Positions 50,501 to 61,187 of a stretch of 61,187 nucleotides of DNA are shown here, piece by piece; positions within the stretch are counted from its first letter, which is position 1; each line of letters opens with the position of its first letter. Origin of the DNA: Catajapyx aquilonaris (taxonomy: Eukaryota); contig KZ538079.1 of the NCBI GenBank assembly GCA_000934665.2, forward strand, positions 124,001 through 185,187. The letters are read 5' to 3'. The position numbers were made by a program, and so were the translations under genes. Below the pieces are notes generated by a model. The model saw only the letters and a program-made list of their open reading frames with translations, was not told where the DNA came from and made no database searches.

Positions 50501-53500
50501 GAGATATTCCACCACAGCAGTAGACTCTGGGGACCTTGTACCTCTTTTTTTTATCCATGGTGCATCCTGCACCCTCGGAACAGAAAAAAAGAGCCAGCGA
50601 ACAAATTGGATTGTAATGTGCATGGCCATTGAGGTTAGCCAGAAGCTAAGGGTACTCACCACACATCAGAGAGGAAACTAGAAATAGTTTTCCCCCAGAT
50701 GAAAATCAGCGCTACTTTTTTTTTTGTATGTGTGTGTGTGTTCCGGACATGGCCTGTAGCGAATGGTCCGGATAAACAAAAGTGAGGCCCCCCCAATCTT
50801 TAGACAAAAATCATCCGGGGAATCGTGCAGAGCGACCCGGATGCGCTTTTTGGCCTCGGGCGCTATGATTTGCACCGCTTCTTTTCATGCCCACGTGTAT
50901 TTTGGGATTTGGCTATTCCCTGGTGTTTTCCTCCATGAAAGTAGCTGGCATTCATGTTGGAAAAGTAATGGACAATTACATTATCAGTTACAGTTGTGGT
51001 TGGTAAATAAGAATTAGCAGCATGGATATTGCTAAATAGCACTTAGTCTAAAGCAATTAATGTTAAAAGTTTGTATCAGCCGCTAGGGAGTCTCAGGTAT
51101 TTTTTTGTTTGCTGTTTTTATTTGATTTTTTAATGTTATTTTGCGCATGGTGTAATCAGTCGTTTAGTCTACTATTCCATTTAGTAGACTAATTTATTGG
51201 CATATACATCTTTCATCATTTGTGTTATTGTCCCTTTTTTATTGTTAACTATTAATGTTTTAGCACCTATACCTACATATTCGAAAACCTCACACCTTAT
51301 AATTTTTTTCCAATCACTATCTGATATCCGATTTTAAGGCCTTTGCTGATAATTAGCGCCCTCAACTAGCACAAATCGCAGTTTACCACATGCACCAAGA
51401 ATGGAAAAGTTAGAGAAACACCAATTGTTTTCTCATTTCCTACCGTACCCTGCACCTGCGCCGCACCTCATTTATTTAAAAACTCGTACATTTTCCTGAA
51501 AGGTACAACGATCCTTCTATTTCACAATAGAATATCCATTAGGATTCCAGCAAAAATGCAGGCTGCGTGCGTTATTTAGTTTTTTTTAAATAGAAAAAAA
51601 CGAATAGGGAGAAGGAAACAGGATCCAATTGGGGGCATTGTGATCACAGAGTTGGGAACTGGGCTATTTCAAAGTTGCTCGAATTAATCTGCGGTTAAAT
51701 CAATTATTGCTGGGGAGGTCTGGTTTAACGGTGGGTGGTTACTTCCGCTGTGAAGATAGAGTGGCTTCCTCTCCCTTGTGGGGAATTAGGAGGGGAAAAG
51801 CCTTTCACCAGGAATTATAAGTGGTTAGAGGTCTGACCTAGTGTTTCTCAGAATTAAAGAGCACGTTCGTTTTAATTAGGATTTTTTCCACATTTAAAAA
51901 AATGTGCAAATTCATGGTCCTGCGTGATTGTTCAAAGTTAAATATTATTACAGTAAACATATCTCTTGTGCTACCGCACCTTGTAATATTATTGTTGCAA
52001 ATTATTCAGCTCCATATTAGCATAATATTTGTTGAAATAACAGCAAAAAGATTTTACCAGGCTTTAACATTAGCTCCTTAGAAGAGCTAGGTTTTCAGAC
52101 AGCTACTTACAAGGTCGTAGTCTTGAGGGAAATATCTTTGGGCAGATGGTATGGAGTGGAGAGCAGTAAAAGGTGCTCTTTACGTCAGATGGTGGCGCTC
52201 ATTATGAGGCCCACGTGCGGCGATAATTGTGAATAAAGCATGCGAAACGGCTACGACGGAGATGCTGATTGTACAAAAGGACGCACGACTACAACCCCAT
52301 ACACTCGGATTTATACCTACCACTCCAACACAGGGTGGTCCAACACTAAACTGTTATCTAGAAATGAAAATGAAAATAACAGCAAAAAATGTGAACTAGC
52401 CCAAACAAATAACCTTGACCTCTTCAGAAGGTCGCCTAAAGCAATCTGAAAGTCAGGCGAGATTTTCATCCAATGCTATCATTAGCCTCTTAGCTTGAAT
52501 GAGAGAGCAGAGGTTTTCCGAGTGCGACAAAGATCGATACAGACGAAACAGAGGCTTCGAGTATAACGTCGCTGGGTTTTTCGTAGAGACAGAAATGAAG
52601 TGTCGTCTTGAGTTACAGAAAACAAGAGCAAGACCTGGGGTCCTGGCCTATTATTTTGTTGCGTCTCCTTCCAGCTAGAAACTCGATCCCCTTGTCGGCA
52701 AATAACATTACAGTTGCAAATGCTGATGCAACTTACACCTAGGTCTCAAATTTCAGCATAAAGTTCAGCTATAGTGATTCACAGGGTGGCTACAAAATGT
52801 TCAAATTGAGTTATAAATATTTTCTCGCCATGCTGTGTAGCATGATTTGAATTTATAATTTTTTTTACTCGGTTGACAAACTTATATGAGAGGGTCACGA
52901 ACTTTGGAAGCGCTAATTAGTTATGCAGGCTGCACAGTTTTGCAGGAAATGAGGCTAGCTGGACCTTGATTCGTATCCGAAGTCTATCGTCACGTAATCC
53001 TCAGCCAGAAAATCACATCGTACACGTACAGAAAACGTGATTGGCCCCCAAAAATTGGGCAGATAATTTACCTGCCAAGAGTTACATGATGGTTGGAATT
53101 TTTGTGTGTGATTTTTGGCACAATTTTAAGCATACAGCGGGCCATGACAAACACTCCCCAATTTTTTATGCAAATCAACGTTAATGAGACATCACCGCAA
53201 ACTTCACAAATGTTGCGACAATATTTGAAGGCTGCTTCCCAAAATGTCATTACGCGTACACTGCACTTGTAACTACCTTCCTGTTGAGGGAGGGGTAGCC
53301 TGTCACGTCCATAAACTCAATATAACATTGCCCTTACCTGGGAAAGTGCTCCATAAAGTCTATCGTTAACATGGCCCTAAGCCCTCCCATTTTTCGCACA
53401 CACCTTTTTCCACCCCCAGCACATACCATGCACTGACTGGCTGAAAAGTGTACATGATTCATGGCGAATTATCCCTTGGCCCTCTCCGCAAAATATTCGG

Positions 53501-56500
53501 CCCCCGAGTTTCCACATTGCGCCAAACTTTCCCCAGAGCGATTACATCCGTTTCGCGAATTTATTGGGCTCGAGAGTGCACTCGAAAATCTTACTCAAAC
53601 CCGACTCGAACAATGGGGGCCTGCACTTGTTATGCAGATTTTCCCTCGTGACGTAACCGACGATACTTCTCTTCAAGACTGTTGTACAGGGTGTGCCATA
53701 ATGACTCTATATACGTGGGATAGTCTCCATCAAACAGCATGAATTCTCTCTGCAACAATGAGGTCAAATGTAGTTTGAACCAGGGGCGGCCCTCGTTACT
53801 CCTTTTCCAGCCTGCTGCTTTTGGAATTGAATTTTTACAGCCGGACCTGACTCGATCCATCCTTCCATTTCCAAGTCTCCAGGCCTAAAAATTGCTTCCG
53901 AAGGAGTTCAGAGTCACGCCAATGGTCCTCATAGAGACAGATTTTTGGCTCTCTAAAGGAGGTCAACATTTTTTTTCAACTTTTTCTTTTTTTTCCCTCA
54001 CCCGGTAGCCATAATTCAGCCTACCAGGCCGGAAGAGAACCGAACGTTTCAAAGTGCTTTCCGTTTTCATCGCTCCTCCAGCCACATGATCATTCATTGC
54101 TCGCTTTTCTACAGGATGATTCCTTGAAGGTTTGACTTCAATGCTGTTGAGCATCACTTTAAATAGACATGTCATTTGGTCTTCGCAGCCTTATTAACGA
54201 GCTAATGAGCTTAAAACTTGAAATAGGTGGAAATTGAGTTAAAGTATAGTTATTTGGAGGCTAAAAGTTCGGGGGCGAAAGGGCGGGGGCGAAACGTCCG
54301 ATACCCGTGCCACCCTGTATATTAGCAAATCGCAATTTACCTTCTCAATGTGAGAAATTACAGCGGCATTTAGAAGGATGCCTCCGATTCTGGTAGAATG
54401 CTTTTGTGGGGGGTAAGGCACACACAAAATATACACACTTATATGCCTCGACTGCTCCCAATTCCCGCGCCATTTGCATCCATTACATAGGAGGGGCAAT
54501 TGGCACAACTCCCATTTACCGGAGCACCTAGAAAAGCAGGTATTTTGCCGGAACGAATTTGTGTCGTGGGAACTATGTGTCTAAGCTTACTCCCGGATGA
54601 GGGGGTGGAAAACGGGCATTTTATCAGGAGGATGCTGCGTTTGTGGACTGCATCAAACGGTGCAATTTCTAGGTAACAGTGGCCTAGGGGTGTGGTGTAA
54701 ATGTATGCAACAGTCGTGCATCGTTAGAGAGCCAAGTAGGCTCAGAGCTTGTTCCCAATGCCCACGAAGGTTTCATATGGACCAAAAATGGTCGCACTCA
54801 CACGACACAAGTGGATGTTTTTTGGGGGTTCAATTTGCTGAAGTGTTTGTTTTTAATAGTACTGGGTGAGTCAGAAGTGTTCAACCTCACAAAAAATCAA
54901 TCCTGGAAGTGATCCTTAACAAATGCCAATTTTGTAGTATGTGTAGGAAAATCATGCATATATAATTGGCTTGGATTAGATACTTCATTTTTCTCTGCCT
55001 ACCATGCATTGCATCTCTTCCTGTAAGTTATAACCCATTTGCCGTAATGCCTGTGCAGGAACCTGCAAGTCCAGACACTCAAGGCTTGAGACACTATTAC
55101 CACGTGCCAACTGCCTACTTTTGCGCTGAGGCATGCACTCGTCCAAGTGCACTTCTTCCTTAATTAACTTCAGTCCCCAAAAATATGTCCTCCACATTCT
55201 TCACCAACTATTCAAGAAGTGTTGATTTTTTTTTTCTTCTTAAAAATGTGGGGGAATTTTCGTTGCACTTATGTCCACTTATCTACGCAGGATGGATGCA
55301 TTAGAGTAATTGAATCGCTTTTTCCTGCCACTTGCGATCGTGGGCCTCTCAAGGAGTAATATTGCCAGGAAGACGGTGAGTCTAAGGAGCTGCTAAACTG
55401 AGTTAACAGTGGCAAAAGGGCGCCTTCGACAACCCCCCCCCCCNTCTCTCCCATTAGGATCATCAAAACATGAGGATGAAATTGACTGAAGTTACCCTAT
55501 AGTGGCACTGACAGGTCTGCAAAAATTATATGGAAAATCACATAGAATTGGCTTGAGTCTGTGACTCTGTCCATTTTACGACCCTGAGAGTGGCAGTGGT
55601 GTGCAGAAGCGACATCTGTGATGGATATGATAAACGTACGAAAATTGTCCTTCCATGACATTTGACAGAGTTTCTTAGTGCAATACACCCCAACTCCAGG
55701 CTCGTCAATAATGAACCGCCTATCAGGATTACACCCGGCGAACACACTATTTCCCCCCCCCCCTCCCCCCGATCTGTATCAATAAAGGAAATCCCAATAG
55801 GTCGGGGAGGGGTGAGCCATTCCTCTGGTTTGGAGAATCCCTCGCATCTCCAGCACTTCCTCTTCCCGTATACCTTCCAGGTAGTAACCACGAATTTAAG
55901 TCTCATTTCCTCCAGCCGTAAAACCCCTATCTACCACGCTGGAACACCGCAGTAAAATGCTTCCTTCTCTCGAAATAAACTTGCGTTCCTTTTTGCATGT
56001 TCCAGCTGCACCTCATTCGACGGGGTATTTTCTGCATAGGCGAATCCCAACGGGATATGCTCCCACAGAGCTGCAAAACTCAATTTTGTGCCAGATTTAT
56101 GCGAAGTCCTAAGAAATGACGATCAAACTAGGGATATTCTTAAAACACAAGCTCATGGAATAGGGAGGTAAAGCCTACCTCATTGAGGCAAAAATTGGAC
56201 TATTTTTATGCATTCCATAAATGATAACTACTGACTCTATTACACTTAAAGCACATGCCACTTACTTTCTTGGAAAAAATGTTTTATAGAAATCTACATA
56301 TAATTTTACTAACATTTTTGCTGATTAATATTCACAAATTATAAAATGTATTGTCAGTTTTTATTTCAAGATTATACTTATTAAACATATTTATTTTGAA
56401 AATATATCAATTACTGATAAAATATATTTCATTTACTGTACATGATTTATTTTGCTTAAATAATTTTTCATACGAAACTTATTAAAGATTTTACATATTC

Positions 56501-58847
56501 GTACACAGTTCAAGCAAATGACTACCTGGTATTTACACTGTAGGTAAAGATTTTACAAGATTGCCCCTCTAAGTTAAAAATCTGGCCTATTTTTACCTTC
56601 TGCATTACAGGCCTTAACTTCTGATCATCTCAACGTATACATCGTTGAGTGATTAAATTTTTAGCACCTCACATAATGTAAGCCAAAAGTTACCTTTAGG
56701 CAAATGTCAAAGTGTGCACTCATACCTGGCATTGCACTAATCATCTGGAGCCGAGACCCGTACTAATTGGTGTATCCGAGCCCTCAACGACTCAAAGAGA
56801 CAGAAAATGACGCCCTAGCTTTACCTCCATATAATTTTTTTTTTTTTGAAAATAGATAACATCGGATAGAGCACTCCCGGGGCTCTTTTTACCTTCCATC
56901 CCATGTTCTGTACATCTCCCCGAGGGGTATTTTACAAGTCGTGGCTAAATGAGCAATTAGTCAAGGCGTGACAGTCCGCGCCTCGTTAACCCCCCTGTAT
57001 GCGGCTGCTTTTGATCGCCCCAGAACGAGCTGACTCCAAATTGTGTAATCACAACCCCCGGGTTGATTGGATCCCACCAAAAACCTCATTTTTTCCAACC
57101 CCCAAAAAGTTGAGTCGAAATTGGCTTATCTGTGTTATTCCATACCCATCACCTGACCCGCCATGTTCATGCCCCACCCCCACGAAAAATTGAGGCACTA
57201 TATCGTAATGAAAGCATAATATTTATGGACCCACGATTCCATCAGGTGTGTTGGCCACACTGCTGGGAGTGTTTTAATTGGGATTGTTTATTAATATAGT
57301 GGGAGGCTGCTGAAATGTGAAAATGTTTTGAGAACCATGGATATAGTATACGTTAAGAAATTGGGTGTGTGTACAGTAGTGTTATTGGTTTCGTGTGAAA
57401 GGTACATGCTAAAATCACTTGTTGCGTTTAAAAAAAATGGATGTGGTCCCACGATTTAATTACACTGTGTTGCGTCGGTACTTACAGGTGAGTAATTAAC
57501 TACTCGTAAGTGCATGACGGTGTGGGTTTCGTGTTTAGAAAGACTCAATAAATTTAATTCCAGTACATATGATCTTAGTGGTTAACCTTTTTTTTTGTGC
57601 ACAAATCAGCTTACCAAAATATGCTGGTTAATTAATAAGTCTTTACTTAACAATTCGCTAATGGATTGTTAATTACAGATATTACGCACTTTCGTCTAAA
57701 TTTACATCAACAATGCAGTGCGGCATGTAATGATTATAAGTAATTGCAGTAATTAATTCCCGATTTTTTTTATTCTAAGCAGCTTCGTACATTGACACCA
57801 GTCGTAATTCGGTTGACATTTCACCTGGGAAAAGTCCGCATAATTCGTGCTTACAATGCGCAAGAGCCGGTCATAACTCACAGGCCCCCATAACAAAGCA
57901 TGTCGTAAACCTCTGCAATTAATCACTCTCTCATCTATGCAAAATGCTCTGCAGTTCTAAAATGCGCCAAAACACATACACTCAGAGCGAAAAAAAGGAG
58001 AACGATTCCAATTACTTTCGCCCATTTGTAAGAACCCACAGTAGATATTCGGAGGCGGAGGAAATTGACAAAACTAAAATCGTGGGAGATAGGAAAACCC
58101 GAATAGTTTAGTGCGAGGCTGCTTTTGCTGACATTACCTCCGGAAGAATTATTGCCAATACGTGGAATCCGGGGGGGTAGAACAATCCAATCTTTCCGCC
58201 ACTATCGGGCGAGGGGGTTAGAGACACACAAGCCTTTCCTTTTATTTTGGGTGCGTGTCTCGGCACCTATTTTTCCTCCGTTTTATCTAGAAACCTGACC
58301 CCCCTCAAAAAAANAAAAAAAACAGGAAGAGAGAGGTACACCACAGAGTTTGCATTTAGACTTGCAAATCAGTTTTAAACACAGATCGATATTCTGGGTC
58401 ATTCGATATATACGGAAGCACTGAAATTACTCCCAAATTTTTTTTTGTTTGGTCCTTGGAATCGGAAGATTCCTTTTCCCTCTGGAGAAATAGCAGCTGC
58501 TGAAAGAGGAGGCGGGTTTCAAGCCTGTTGCCTCCGCCATTTGTAAAGTTTTTGTGCTGGAGAAAGTAAAAAAAAAAGAAAGGCGGCTGCTGGAATGGGA
58601 GAAAAAAGGAGAAGAAGGTGCCTCTCGGGGGACATTATCCGGAAGACTGAGTGAAACTTGAAGAGCCTTCCAATTAAATACTGAGAATCAATCATGGACT
58701 GTCTGGCGAAGCGACAATCTTTGACTAACAGTGATTAACAATTGAAATATATATTTAGTTGAACCAAAAAAATATATTTGTTACACACGATAAGGTGTCG
58801 TATCCATGTTATGTAACATTTTACCGAGACAATTGCAAAAAAATATG

Positions 58848-58915
58848 GATCCGGGAAAATGATGAATCGGGGGAAACGATACATCCGAGAAAACGATACA
58901 TCCGGGAACGATATA
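58848..58915. repeat. About 17-bp degenerate tandem repeat (AAACGATACATCCGGG-like)
   Basis: About 4 copies visible. Confidence 0.7.
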
Positions 58916-59140
58916 TAGACATTTATTTTTTGATATTTCAGTTTTTCATATTCACTAATGCAAATTAATTAAAATTTTCGCAGCCCTCCGAAAAAAGCGG
59001 TTTAGCGATTCCCCAGTATCTAGATAATCGGCAGGTCAGAAGCAAATTGCGCGTAACGAGATCACTTATGGATCCACGTTGCATGAACCCCCACCAGCAT
59101 GGGCTCCATTATCAAGCCGTTTCAAATGCGCCACGAACTT

Positions 59141-59243
59141 NNNNNNNNNNNNNNNNNNNNNNNNNNNNNNNNNNNNNNNNNNNNNNNNNNNNNNNNNNNN
59201 NNNNNNNNNNNNNNNNNNNNNNNNNNNNNNNNNNNNNNNNNNN
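59141..59243. other. Assembly gap (103 N) next to a poly-G tract
   Basis: N run. Confidence 0.99.
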
Positions 59244-60087
59244 NGGGGGGGTGTGGGGGGGGGAGGTCAATATAAGTGCAATTTCAATGGTCCTTTTGTT
59301 GCCCATGGTGGGTGCAGTTATCTCCATCTTATAGCCAGTTGGCAGCATATATGGTGGTCCAGATTTTGCACAAATTTCTTTGAGTAACTCGAAAAAATTC
59401 TCAAGCGAAATATTCGCAAACTGGGCGACGATGAATATTCATTATTTTCATTTGCCTAGAATGAGTTTTTTTCGCCTTGTAATCTCCTTCTCGCAGGGAA
59501 GAGCCAATTAAACCTTCTGTACATTTCTCAGTCTGAGGGCATCAAGAAATTAACAATATGTACGCAATAAAGCTATTTTGACTCATTATATGCAATTACT
59601 GAATTATGGAAAAAAAATTGTACCGCTCACAGTCAGAAATTCTTAAAAACTCAATGCCACATTTTTGCGCTGTTGCTGCTTGACAGAAGACTTACAGCAA
59701 TGTTAAGACAAGGTAATAAATATATTATAACTAGCAGAAATGCAAATTGCCAATTATAACTCGGCTGCAATTATTCCCCATTTCTCTCTCTCTCTCGCAA
59801 ATCAAGAGACGGAGAATCGCCCGTGCAGTTTCTCTAATGATCGCTTTAGTCAGTCACCATAAGTAATCCTACAAGGTATTACCATTCACAGAAAATTACT
59901 ACATCCATTTCATTCCACTTTCGAGGACGCAATCTCCCAGCGACAGCCACTTGCTCTATCGAAAATTAAATCGTTGTTGGATTGTTATCCTCTGTGGATT
60001 CAAACACTCGAAAGAAGTACTTGTAAAATTTTTCATTCATTAATATTTTTACCAGTTGGCTGGGTCAAGTGGTTATTACTTCTGAGT

Positions 60088-60154
60088 GGGTTCACACATG
60101 ATTGGCGAATCCAAAAATGGCTAACATGGCAACGACATCGCCCAGTGTGAACCC
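60088..60154. mobile_element. Short copy of the GGGTTCACAC MITE family
   Basis: GGGTTCACAC...CAACGACATCGCCCAGTGTGAACCC; the right arm resembles the arms at 9401-9711. Confidence 0.5.
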
Positions 60155-61187
60155 CCCAGCCAATAGCTACAAATTTTTTCCCCCTTTTCAAACCTTACGT
60201 CCAGTTTAGCGTCTGCCACTCATGTCATACGAGCACCAAACTAAATGAACTTTTATTACCCGGTCATAAAACCCTGTTCGTTCCGGGTGCTCGCCTCTCA
60301 GGTCTTACTAACCGGTTGCAATGAAAATTAAACCCAATGCTAGCCTTTTCGGAACTTTAACTGCTGGTCCTCCCATCCTCCCCCCAGCTTCCCACCCTCC
60401 CACCCTATTCAACCGAAACTTCTGCTCCATCCCCCGATCAAGAAATGGCTTTTCATGCACAAGGCTCCGGAAAATCGCGGCGTTGAAAAGGCACGAATGC
60501 GCCTTGGCTTTTGAATTAAACAAACCGGAATATTCTGAGAGAATGCAAGAAAAAAAAAATCGGCATTTCGAGCGTAACACTAAAACACCGCAGTGCATTG
60601 TTGAAAAGTAAAAGAAAAAAAAGAGGAAAGTTCATTTATTTTGACAGAATCCGAATTTGGTTCGTTCGAAAAAAAAAATCCGGAACCAGCGATGGGCAAA
60701 AAATACCGCAGGATCCACCTACACGAAATTTATTCAAATGTCACTTACGGTTCTGTGGACATTTTGTGTGACTTTTTTTTTTGTCCTGGTCCTAGTGCCA
60801 TTCAAACGATTTCGGTTTTAACCCAGCTACTTTGTCACTAGAATGCGTACCAGCGTACCTGACGCAGGGAAAAAAATTACAAATCGTTACTAAAGACTGT
60901 TCATTTACGATCTGAGCCATTGTAAATTCATTGTAATTTAATGGGGCTTGAAACAATCGGGTACGAGCTGATGACATTTATGACCAGTTTTGGGTCACGG
61001 ACACGGAGTGAAATGAAAGAAAAATGAGATGGTTTTGATTCATTGGGCGTGTTGGGCCATTATTGCTTAAAATGTAACGAGCCGACTCTCTGTAACGCCG
61101 TGATTTATTATTATTAATAATATTGAACGACGCTGTAACCACGGCGCGTGTACAGTACAGTGTATAGCTAGAGGGGGGGGGGGGGGG

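Noticed and set aside
54966..55163. Signal-peptide-like plus-strand ORF (WIRYFIFLCLPCIASLP)
   Set aside because: TTG start and no downstream exons identified.

Overview
Eukaryotic, intron-rich arthropod-like genomic DNA; no prokaryotic operons, CRISPR arrays, rRNA or intact tRNA were seen. (1) A minus-strand Cys-loop ligand-gated anion channel gene of the histamine-gated chloride channel family (ort/HisCl2-like). I reconstructed it by hand as 8 phase-consistent exons from 32764 down to a stop at 9752 (about 404 aa); the signal-peptide exon was not located. (2) About 3.8 kb downstream on the same strand, a complete 3-exon Ly6/three-finger (quiver/sleepless-like) gene (5953-4781, 177 aa) with an unusually long loop between Cys5 and Cys6. 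(3) A plus-strand spliced orphan-looking gene (about 40589-41550, about 256 aa), antisense to and upstream of the first identified channel exon, possibly nested in its first intron. The rest is intron/intergenic DNA with a tRNA-derived SINE flanked by a 15-bp target-site duplication, several MITEs, near-perfect palindromes, minisatellites, weak LINE relics and two N gaps. Most short ORFs in the supplied track look spurious. Family assignments rest on motif recognition from memory, not database searches.
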